DNA from: Bacillota bacterium
GTDB lineage: Bacteria; Bacillota; Clostridia; Lachnospirales; Lachnospiraceae
DNA length: 64,000 bases
Direction: 5' to 3'
Assembly (NCBI GenBank): GCA_023411215.1
Contig: JAEYOY010000038.1
Coordinates: 1-64,000 of the forward strand
A program made the position numbers and the translations under genes. The notes below the pieces were generated by a model, which saw only the letters and a list, made by a program, of their open reading frames with translations, did no database searches and was not told the origin of the DNA. Positions 20,984 to 29,871 of this stretch are shown one piece after another (the stretch's first letter is position 1; each line of letters opens with the position of its first letter).

Positions 20984-23623
20984 CTATGCCTTCTGTAGCT
21001 TTCGTTGTATTGCTTTCACAATCTCTACAATCGGAATAACACTGACAGCTAACAGCATTGCGATTCCATATTCCTCTAAGCTGATATGCTCAAATTCGAA
21101 GATGTTACTGAGGAAAGGAATATATATTACCGCCGTGGTCAGAATCAAGCTCATGGCAGCGGCTCCGATCAGTACCACATTCTGAGTATTCATACGAAAA
21201 ATTGATCCACGCTGACTTCTCATATTAAAACTATGGAATATCTCAGCCATACTCATAGTTAAAAAGGCCATCGTCATACCATCTGGACTGTTTACAAATT
21301 CCCATCTACCGGATTCAATATAATGACCGAGTAAATAAGCCAATAAGGTTACGACTGTTACCATTGCCCCCTGATACGCAACATCAATTCCGACACCACC
21401 GGAGAAAATCCCATCCTTAGAGGAGCGAGGCTTACGCTGCATCAGATCCTTCTCACCCTGCTCCATACCAAGTGCCAATGCCGGGAAGCAGTCTGTGATC
21501 AGGTTAATCCATAAGATATGCACGGGTTTCATGATAGTAAAGCCCAACAAGGTAGCAGTAAAGATGGATAATACCTCACTTAAGTTGGAGGATAAGAGGA
21601 ACTGTATCGCTTTACGGATATTGTCGTAAATTCGTCGTCCTTCTCCTACAGCTGATACAATGGTAGCAAAATTATCGTCGGCCAGTACCATGTCTGCAAC
21701 ATTCTTTGTTACGTCAGTACCTGTGATACCCATACCGACACCGATATCAGCACTCTTGATGGAAGGTGCATCATTTACTCCATCACCGGTCATAGCGGTG
21801 ATCATACCCTTCTTCTTCCAGGCTGTTACGATACGTACTTTATGCTCCGGTTGAACACGGGCATAGACGCCATAATTCTCGATGGTAGCCTGAAGCTCTT
21901 CGTCAGAGATCTCATTCAGCTGTGCTCCAGTTATGGCTTGCATCGGATCTTGAATAATACCAATCTGTGTTGCAATTGCAATGGCCGTATCTCTATGATC
22001 TCCCGTAATCATAACAGGACGGATACCTGCACTGCGACATTCCTTTATCGCTTCGATAACCTCTGGACGTACCGGATCAATCATACCGGTTAAACCGATG
22101 AATATAAGTTCCTTCTCCAAGAACTCAGGAGTGTACTCCGTCGGTGCTGTCTCATAGGTACGGTAGGCTGCTGCCAGGACGCGAAGTGCTTTGTCTGCCA
22201 TTCGTTTGTTTTCTTTTAATATCTCCTGACGCTTCTTCTCTGTCATAGGAAGGACTGTACCATTCTCTATGTAGAAAGTACATACGCGGAGTACTTCATC
22301 GGGAGCACCCTTTGTAAATTGTACAATACCTGAATTGTCATGTACGGTAGACATCATCTTTCGAACAGAATCAAAGGGAGCCTCTCCGATACGAGGAAAT
22401 ACTTTCTTCAATTCCGGCTTCAAGAGCGACAGCGTAGCCGCATAATTAACCAAAGCACATTCGGTGGGTTCACCGATTGCAGATCCATTCTCCAGCTCAG
22501 CATCACAACAGAGTGCCATTGCTCTACCAAGCAATTCCTCATCAGAGGTAAAATGATCAACTACAGTCATCTTATTCTGTGTCAGAGTTCCGGTCTTATC
22601 ACTACAGATAATCTGGGTACAGCCTAAGGTCTCAACTGCTGTTAATCGGCGAATTACTGCATTACGCTTACTCATATTCGTAACACCGATGGATAGAACG
22701 ATAGTTACAACAGCTGCCAGACCCTCAGGAATAGCGGCTACCGCTAGACTTACTGCCACCATGAAGGTATCAAGGACAACTGTTCCGTTCAAATCACCGG
22801 ATCGGAGCAGGCTGAATGCAAAGATGAATACACAGATACCAATTACAAGAACGGTAAGAATCTTACTTAATTGGTTTAATTTAATTTGAAGAGGAGTCTC
22901 GCCTTCTTCTGTTTTCGTGATGGCATCTGCAATCTTTCCCATCTCAGTGTCCATGCCGGTAGCGACAACAACAGCGCGCCCACGTCCATATACCACTGTA
23001 CTTCCCATGTAAGCCATGTTCTTCCGATCACCCAGGGGTATCTCCTTCTCTTCCTTTTTCAGAGATAGGATATCAATGATTTTATTTACAGGAACGGATT
23101 CACCGGTTAACGCAGCTTCTTCGATCTTCAAGCTGGCGCTTTCTAAGATTCTGCAATCAGCTGGAACAGAATCTCCTGCTTCCAGAAGAACCATATCACC
23201 AACAACCAGTTCCTCACTTTTTACACTTACAATAGTCCCGTCGCGAAGCACCTTACTCGTAGCTGCTGCCATCTCCTGTAGGGCTTCTATTGCCTTCTCA
23301 GCTTTATTTTCCTGATATACACCAAGCACGGCATTAATGATTACTACAATCAAAATGATGAAAACATCCGCAATAGACTCTCCGGCATAGATACTGGTTG
23401 CACCCGATATTGCTGCTGCCACGAGCAGTATTATAATCATAGGATCGGTAAGCTGGGATAAAAATCGTTTAAGCAGGCCATCCTTCTTACCCTCTACCAG
23501 TTTGTTCTTACCATTCTTCTCCAATCTTTCTTTGGCCTCAGAGGCGGTAAGCCCCTCTGCTTTACTTCCTACTACTTTTAACACATTTTCTTCTTGCTCA
23601 AGATAAAACTTCATTCGCGACAA
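20984..23623 (-). CDS. P-type cation-transporting ATPase (P2-type, Ca2+/Mn2+-ATPase family)
   Basis: DKTGTLT phosphorylation motif (CSDKTGTLTQN), TGDGVNDAPS hinge motif, 10 TM helices. The likely true start is the ATG 3 codons into the ORF, with an aaggaaggga RBS. Confidence 0.9.
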   Translation of the reverse strand: MSRMKFYLEQEENVLKVVGSKAEGLTASEAKERLEKNGKNKLVEGKKDGLLKRFLSQLTDPMIIILLVAAAISGATSIYAGESIADVFIILIVVIINAVLGVYQENKAEKAIEALQEMAAATSKVLRDGTIVSVKSEELVVGDMVLLEAGDSVPADCRILESASLKIEEAALTGESVPVNKIIDILSLKKEEKEIPLGDRKNMAYMGSTVVYGRGRAVVVATGMDTEMGKIADAITKTEEGETPLQIKLNQLSKILTVLVIGICVFIFAFSLLRSGDLNGTVVLDTFMVAVSLAVAAIPEGLAAVVTIVLSIGVTNMSKRNAVIRRLTAVETLGCTQIICSDKTGTLTQNKMTVVDHFTSDEELLGRAMALCCDAELENGSAIGEPTECALVNYAATLSLLKPELKKVFPRIGEAPFDSVRKMMSTVHDNSGIVQFTKGAPDEVLRVCTFYIENGTVLPMTEKKRQEILKENKRMADKALRVLAAAYRTYETAPTEYTPEFLEKELIFIGLTGMIDPVRPEVIEAIKECRSAGIRPVMITGDHRDTAIAIATQIGIIQDPMQAITGAQLNEISDEELQATIENYGVYARVQPEHKVRIVTAWKKKGMITAMTGDGVNDAPSIKSADIGVGMGITGTDVTKNVADMVLADDNFATIVSAVGEGRRIYDNIRKAIQFLLSSNLSEVLSIFTATLLGFTIMKPVHILWINLITDCFPALALGMEQGEKDLMQRKPRSSKDGIFSGGVGIDVAYQGAMVTVVTLLAYLLGHYIESGRWEFVNSPDGMTMAFLTMSMAEIFHSFNMRSQRGSIFRMNTQNVVLIGAAAMSLILTTAVIYIPFLSNIFEFEHISLEEYGIAMLLAVSVIPIVEIVKAIQRKLQKA

Positions 23624-23806
23624 GTCCCTTCCTTTTCATTGTTAGTAGAAGCACTGTGTTCGAACCGATTCATGTCCTAGAATCATGTATCAGTATACCG
23701 ACAGTTTCGTACCATAGTAGATTGCACAGCAAGCTATTCCTTGCCACACGGTGAGTCATCTCAAAGTGAACTTCGTTCATTTGCCTGGAGGCGTAATTCT
23801 TTTGAA

Positions 23807-23950
23807 ACAAAAAAGACTCAAGTAAATCCTATTCAAATTGAATAAGAAATACATGAGTCTTGTTCTTTCCGGATAAGCCAGACAGTTACGTCTTGTTGTT
23901 GACTTAGCCACGCAATATGGTGCGCGAACTACTCCCCCACGGTTCATAAA
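23807..23950 (-). ncRNA. putative yybP-ykoY (Mn2+) riboswitch with terminator expression platform
   Basis: Minus-strand ...ccgugGGGGAGUAGuucgcgcaccauauugcguggcuaagucaacaaCAAGACg... carries the hallmark GGGGAGUAG and CAAGAC elements. It is followed by the hairpin caagacucaug...cuugagucuu plus a U6 run, ~190 nt upstream of the ATPase start. Confidence 0.5.
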
Positions 23951-24132
23951 CATTTTATGCTTTTCTAGATGATCACATCTTTATCTTCTACAGTGCTTTT
24001 AATAATAGCACAATTAAGAAGAATAATCAATGGGAATTTGCTGGGAGTGTTTTTCGCTGTAACATTCTTGGCTCGACTACTTACAGCAATCCCTGTAATA
24101 GGATACCCTTTTGTTGAAATAACTTCATATCC

Positions 24133-25170
24133 TTAAAAACAACGTTGGTTCTTCTCCTTCGGGCAGACTTCACCTTTACTGCATTGATAACATACCTCAT
24201 TATCCAGTGATTTATCGTCAAAAAAGCTCCGACAGTTCTGTAATGTAGTCTCTGCAATATTGATCAAGGCTTCTTTTGTTAAGAATGCTTGATGTGAGGT
24301 TACTATTACATTCGGCATGGAAATAATTCGGGCTAATATATCATCTCTAACAATCGTATAGGACATGTCCTCATAAAAGAACTCTGTTTCCTCCTCATAC
24401 ACATCCAGACAAGCTCCTCCAACCTTCTCGTCCATAAGGGCCTCCAGCAGCTCTTCTGTATTAATCAACGCTCCTCTGGAGGTATTTACGATATAGACAC
24501 CCTTCTTCATCATTTGAAGCTTCTCCTTATTAATAAGATGAAAGGAATCCTTGGTTAAAGGGCAATGTAAGGAGATAATGTCCGATTCCCTGCACAGCTC
24601 CTCCAAGCTTACATATTGGATATCCGCATCCTTAATTGGATACGGATCATAAGCAATTAAATTCATTCCAAAGCCCTTACAGATATCCACAAAGATGCGT
24701 CCAATCTTGCCGGTACCGATTACACCCATGGTCTTTCCATGAAGATCAAACCCTGTCAGGCCATTTAAGCTGAAATTAAAATCCCTTGTTCTTATATATG
24801 CCCGGTGGATCTTACGATTGAGGGTAAGCAGCAGAGCGATTGCATGCTCCGCTACTGCATACGGAGAATAGGCCGGAACACGTACCACATGAAGCTTCCC
24901 ATATGCTGCCTTGAAATCCACGTTATTATAACCGGCACAACGCATGGCGATCAGCTTCACTCCATTCTCATATAGAATACGAATGGTTTCTTCATCAATG
25001 GTATCGTTGACAAATGCAACCACAGCCTCATATCCTTTAGCCATAAGGGCAGTTCTGGGACCAAGCTTAGGTTCAAAATATTCTATTTCGATCTTATATT
25101 GTTCCTTCAACTGGTCAAAGTAAACCTTATCATAGGGCTTTGTATCAAAAAAGCATATTCGGTTCATCAA
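24133..25170 (-). CDS. D-isomer-specific 2-hydroxyacid dehydrogenase (D-lactate dehydrogenase-like)
   Basis: NAD-binding GxGxxG (GVIGTGKIG) and the catalytic Arg/Glu/His triad region. The C-terminus has an extra Cys-rich tail. Confidence 0.8.
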   Translation of the reverse strand: MMNRICFFDTKPYDKVYFDQLKEQYKIEIEYFEPKLGPRTALMAKGYEAVVAFVNDTIDEETIRILYENGVKLIAMRCAGYNNVDFKAAYGKLHVVRVPAYSPYAVAEHAIALLLTLNRKIHRAYIRTRDFNFSLNGLTGFDLHGKTMGVIGTGKIGRIFVDICKGFGMNLIAYDPYPIKDADIQYVSLEELCRESDIISLHCPLTKDSFHLINKEKLQMMKKGVYIVNTSRGALINTEELLEALMDEKVGGACLDVYEEETEFFYEDMSYTIVRDDILARIISMPNVIVTSHQAFLTKEALINIAETTLQNCRSFFDDKSLDNEVCYQCSKGEVCPKEKNQRCF

Positions 25171-25325
25171 AAACTCCTTTCTTTATACCGTCTCAACCGC
25201 CTTTGCTACTCAACTTCTTAGGTATTTACTGTACTAATGACTAATATCATCTTTTTTATTGTATTTATACCTTTCAAATAGAGAAAAGAGCTTTACAACA
25301 TCGTCTTATTGCGTGTAATTAAGCA

Positions 25326-25622
25326 TCACTCTGATCGGTTACTTTTTATGATGTCATAGCCTAAAAGCTGTATTAACTTTAGCGCTTCCATCGAGGTTCT
25401 ACGGTCAAGCTCCTTCTCAGCTTCGGGTAGCTCATCATAGGATACTAAATTCGGATGCCGTTTTAAGCGGTCATTTCTTTTAGGGCCATAACTCCATCCA
25501 TTCTTCAATCTCTCTTCTGCCCAATTTTCATGGGTATTCTTTGCCAGTGTCTCTGCTATTTTTAATAGGTTATGATCTATTGCAACCTTGCTTGTATCGA
25601 TTGGATTTGGAATATATTTCAT
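25326..25622 (-). CDS. standalone RyR (ryanodine-receptor) domain protein
   Basis: 98 aa. HENWAEERLKNGWSYGPKRNDRLKRHPNLVSYDELPEAEKELDRRT closely matches the bacterial RyR-domain consensus (NWA...GW.YG...D...HP.LVPYEELPE.EKE.DR). Confidence 0.7.
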   Translation of the reverse strand: MKYIPNPIDTSKVAIDHNLLKIAETLAKNTHENWAEERLKNGWSYGPKRNDRLKRHPNLVSYDELPEAEKELDRRTSMEALKLIQLLGYDIIKSNRSE

Positions 25623-25635
25623 AGGTTAACCTCTT

Positions 25636-27468
25636 TTATAAATCACTTTTTGTTATACCATAACCTGAGGAAGATAAAATCAATCCAAGATTCTGTATCA
25701 GGAACTGGTCTGCTTTTTTATAATCTTTATTGAATACAGAACTTACATGATCAAGCTCATCCCATTCAACCAAACAACTATGTAATTTTAGGACTTCATC
25801 CTTGTTTTTTTCCTTCCCTTGAATATCAGTCATGGTTCTCCATCCATTTACAAAATGGTATGCATTCCATCTCATATGCTCTCCCTTTGATAACTGATCA
25901 AAGATAACATTATCTTTCAAAAGATTTTCATAGATTGTCGTTTTAGATCCTTTTTCATAACTGAGTCCAACGGAATTTAGCTTGGACTGGAAATGTAAAG
26001 CCAACGCTCTATTTGACTGCTTTTCAAAAAGGCTGATCTCCTCCCAAGTCCTAGTACTTTTATATACCGAATTATAAAAATCATGACATTGTTTCGCTAG
26101 ATGATCCAACTCTTCATTTATAATATTATTCTCTGTAAACAAATTATTTGATGACCCAAACCATATAACGTTACTAAGCAAGGTTGTTTTAAATAGTACT
26201 TTATATTTCTCATAATCTTTCACATATGCACATATCCTGGCTTTTGCCTTACTATGAATACATAGCCGGCTAACCTCGGATGCAGTCTCTACATCATCAT
26301 TAGCAATTATGATACAATTCAGATCAGGGAGATACCCCTTAAGCTTAATATAATATTGTTCTGTATCAAGCTTTGCATCAACAAACTCAAATGATGCGCA
26401 CTTCTCAACTTCCGGATTTTTTTGAAAAAAGGAAGCGGTTTTATCCCTGATCTCTTGTTCAACCAGAACTAACTTTAATTTAATGCCATCACATTGACCC
26501 AAAATGATAATATTTCTATATAGATCTTCACATATCTCTGAAAAACCGATGATGCATACCGTTAGTACCTCCTTCTTATCAAGTGTACTAACAAGCGTAA
26601 ATTGATCAAACAGCTGTCGGGAGATCAGATTATTCAAATCTATGATATGAATATCCAGTTGTGAAAAATCATCCCTAGAAAATACATCCTCACAAATATT
26701 ATGATCGGTGAAAACATACAGACTAACATCCTTATTCTTTTTTTTATTCTTTTTGTAACTTTCAGCATATTGATCAGTAAAAGTTATATTATCATAAATA
26801 TCTTCATTGATTGCAAAAATAAACGTCTTGTATTTTACAAATCTTAAACAAATGTTAATGATATCGTCAAGACTATATATCATGTATATAATATGTCCAT
26901 ATTTTGAAGCTTCTATTTCAAGCCTTATACTCTCATCCGAGTCACTTTTATTATCAACACTAAGGATTATGATGCTGTCTTTATTTTGCTTTTTAATATC
27001 ATTTGCTAGAGCTAAACTGTTTTTATTCAGCGCTGTAAAAATGTATACTTTCTTATTCCGAGTAAAACACCGGATAAACTTCAACTGAATCTTGCTCATT
27101 ACCCGATAACCTAACAGGGATAATATGATCATTCCGGTTACCAGCAGGGAAAAGGTCATGATAAGACCAAAAAAAATATTATACAGAGGCATGTTAGTAA
27201 CATTTGTTTCAAAAGAGGAAATATCATTTTCTAATACAAACATTCTTCCCGTACTGAAAATTGCCATTAATCCAGATGATATATAATCAAGAGGGCCCTG
27301 GCTTTTTGTGAGATATCCAATGGTATAGATACATATACCCAATATAATAAATGCAGATAGTATTTTTAATCGATGCTTTGCAAACCAGGTCTGATACCGA
27401 GATATTATAAATACTCCAAAAAATATTAATAGAATATCAAAAATGATAATTATGATTTGAACTAGCAT
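25636..27468 (-). CDS. membrane protein with degenerate RCK/TrkA-like middle region and C-terminal RyR domain
   Basis: 610 aa, 4 N-terminal TM helices. The C-terminal ~90 aa (EHMRWNAYHFVNGW...LHSCLVEWDELDHV) is RyR-like. The gene is very AT-rich. Confidence 0.55.
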   Translation of the reverse strand: MLVQIIIIIFDILLIFFGVFIISRYQTWFAKHRLKILSAFIILGICIYTIGYLTKSQGPLDYISSGLMAIFSTGRMFVLENDISSFETNVTNMPLYNIFFGLIMTFSLLVTGMIILSLLGYRVMSKIQLKFIRCFTRNKKVYIFTALNKNSLALANDIKKQNKDSIIILSVDNKSDSDESIRLEIEASKYGHIIYMIYSLDDIINICLRFVKYKTFIFAINEDIYDNITFTDQYAESYKKNKKKNKDVSLYVFTDHNICEDVFSRDDFSQLDIHIIDLNNLISRQLFDQFTLVSTLDKKEVLTVCIIGFSEICEDLYRNIIILGQCDGIKLKLVLVEQEIRDKTASFFQKNPEVEKCASFEFVDAKLDTEQYYIKLKGYLPDLNCIIIANDDVETASEVSRLCIHSKAKARICAYVKDYEKYKVLFKTTLLSNVIWFGSSNNLFTENNIINEELDHLAKQCHDFYNSVYKSTRTWEEISLFEKQSNRALALHFQSKLNSVGLSYEKGSKTTIYENLLKDNVIFDQLSKGEHMRWNAYHFVNGWRTMTDIQGKEKNKDEVLKLHSCLVEWDELDHVSSVFNKDYKKADQFLIQNLGLILSSSGYGITKSDL

Positions 27469-27610
27469 AATTTTCTCCTTCGATTAATCATTTAATTGCT
27501 AACAAAACCATCATAATTTATGTCAAATTATAAATAAAATCTTCTGGTACTTTATACAATGGAATTTGAAATAATTCATTACCACATTCAAGCGAGAATA
27601 TTTATTAACG

Positions 27611-28132
27611 CTATTGCTGTTTAGCTCCGCATCTGGAACAGAAAACTGCATCGACTGTTATCTGATGACCACAGGCTGTACAGAAAGCACCGGCAGTGGT
27701 TGTCGAAGTTTTATAACTGCTATATCCATTCGCTTCGAGGGTATGTACCGCTTCTTCGACCACGCTTATTGCCTCATCATCCAGTTTGGATTGTTTCACT
27801 AGGCCTGATATCTGAGTAAGCAACACGGGCCACGCAATAAATAAGGATATTGCTGAAGGGATCAACTGCTGTCCAAAGATTCCTACCTTGGCACTTACTG
27901 ATATTCCCCCCATTGCTTCCTTTATTTCGATATTTAAAGCAGTTTTCATTCCAAGAATTGACTTAAAGATTCCGCCCTTGCTAATACTGATAAACTGCCC
28001 AAACGCATTCCCTTCCACATGAACAGTATATCCGTTATTTTCAAAATGAGTTTTTGCTATCTTCGCAACTTCATCCAAACTTTTATAATGAGTTGTTATA
28101 AATTTATCCGATTTAAATGTAGCCATATTCAT
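27611..28132 (-). CDS. hypothetical protein with C-terminal zinc ribbon
   Basis: 173 aa. One hydrophobic helix. C-terminal CTACG...CSRCG zinc-ribbon motif. Confidence 0.5.
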   Translation of the reverse strand: MNMATFKSDKFITTHYKSLDEVAKIAKTHFENNGYTVHVEGNAFGQFISISKGGIFKSILGMKTALNIEIKEAMGGISVSAKVGIFGQQLIPSAISLFIAWPVLLTQISGLVKQSKLDDEAISVVEEAVHTLEANGYSSYKTSTTTAGAFCTACGHQITVDAVFCSRCGAKQQ

Positions 28133-28140
28133 ATCCTCCC

Positions 28141-28386
28141 CTATATACGCTTACTATTCAGTGTGTATAGTACTGCCATTTCACTGAATGCATCAACGAA
28201 CAATTTTTTATCATCATCACTTACCTGTTGATTAATCTGCTTCAGAAGGTTTAGTACTACGTTTGACTGCTCTATGATTTCCTCGTCCGTTATTCGTGCA
28301 TCCTCCATTATTTTTTTGTAGCTTGGCATCTCCATCACTATTTCATCCAAACATAAAAATCCATTTTTATCAAATAAGCTCAACAT
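28141..28386 (-). CDS. small hypothetical protein
   Basis: ORF 28141..28416. Its start is probably the internal Met (MLSLFDK), which avoids overlap with the upstream M48 gene. Confidence 0.3.
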   Translation of the reverse strand: MLSLFDKNGFLCLDEIVMEMPSYKKIMEDARITDEEIIEQSNVVLNLLKQINQQVSDDDKKLFVDAFSEMAVLYTLNSKRI

Positions 28387-29279
28387 GTAAAGTCCTCCTC
28401 TATTTTCTTTCCGCAATGTTTACAGAATACCCAGTCTTTCTCAACCATTCCACCACAACTGCGGCATTCATTATCATTTTGCTTCATATAATCCATAATT
28501 TTCTCAAAATCGCTACTCTCACACCATTGCTTAATCTCGGCAGCACGTACAGCAGTAAAGGGATGTGTCTGGTTCATCAATACCATAAACTGAAGAGTCT
28601 TGTTCCATAAGGAACTATCAATCAATTTTTGATATTCTTTTGCCTGTTCGATGTATAGCTTCTGATTCACCTTTGCCGTAATATTTTTACTTCCTCCAGA
28701 AAGGCGTGTCATAACCTCTATTACTGAGGAACAGCTCTGAAGATATACTGCAGCAGCCCGATCCGCGGAAAATTCACTGCATCTTTGCCAATGGCAAAAG
28801 GCTATCTTAAGAGGTAAAGAGATTGCATCTATTCCCAATAAATCTATCCCCTGGTTGATAATTATATCTGCCATAGAATGATACAGACAATGCCTGCATG
28901 CAATATGTCCACACTCATGAGCAAGTACTGCTTTCACTTCATCCTCTTCCATGATTTCAATCAATCCTGAAGTTACTGTTATGGAAATCATTGAATCACC
29001 GAAGGTATACGCATTTGGATAAGGATTCATTTCCAGATAAAACTCAGGTTCCGTAATGCCCAATACTTTACATATAGGTGGCAGCAGTTGGTATATTTCC
29101 GGTAACTGATCGGGTCCGAGCCTAATCTTACTTGACATATTAATCCCATGAATCATAGTTTCATTATAAATTTTCATAAAAGTTTTTAATACCAGTTGAA
29201 ATCCAGGTATCGCTTCTAGCGCCAGTAAAGTTTTCTTATCCTGTTCATGGTAATAGTTACTTGGGTTAATTACTTTCAT
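28380..29279 (-). CDS. M48-family zinc metallopeptidase with C-terminal zinc ribbon
   Basis: HEXXH motif (LAHECGHIACRH) in an M48/Ste24-like context. C-terminal CRSCG...CKHCG ribbon. Confidence 0.7.
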   Translation of the reverse strand: MKVINPSNYYHEQDKKTLLALEAIPGFQLVLKTFMKIYNETMIHGINMSSKIRLGPDQLPEIYQLLPPICKVLGITEPEFYLEMNPYPNAYTFGDSMISITVTSGLIEIMEEDEVKAVLAHECGHIACRHCLYHSMADIIINQGIDLLGIDAISLPLKIAFCHWQRCSEFSADRAAAVYLQSCSSVIEVMTRLSGGSKNITAKVNQKLYIEQAKEYQKLIDSSLWNKTLQFMVLMNQTHPFTAVRAAEIKQWCESSDFEKIMDYMKQNDNECRSCGGMVEKDWVFCKHCGKKIEEDFTC

Positions 29280-29871
29280 ATAAGCAATCTCCTTCCATTA
29301 ATACACAGATAAAGCCTACATCTCTTTGTCATATAGACTTAATTCACAGTGATACTTACCTTTTTTACTCATTTTTTTATGTAAGGATTTCCATTTGTCC
29401 AATCACATCTAGTTACATTATCACTGCCTTATTTGCATTCTAAATGTTCTAAATCATTTTAATTGACTTAGTGGCATAATTGTATTTTATTAGTTAATTT
29501 TACCATATTTCTTCATGACATGCATTACATTTTTAATTTCAAACCAATACATTTCATTCTTCTTTCATTCTTTTTAAACGTTCTAAAATAAGTTCTAGCA
29601 AATTCTCATATGCATATCTTATTAAGAAAGGCATGAAACGAACGACTATCTTGTCCAATAACATCTGACCAATTCAGGAACAGCCTCATCTAAGATACAT
29701 TTTTCCATTTGCTCTATCATCTAGCAGGAGCCCCTATAATATCATGCAAAGCCCGAATGATTATTAACAGTACCGTAAATTTGTATTGTTATATTCTGTT
29801 TAATTATGGTAAAATATACCTAGGTTTTATCCTAATAAATAGATTATCATTCTTAAAGTGGGGAGGAAAAT

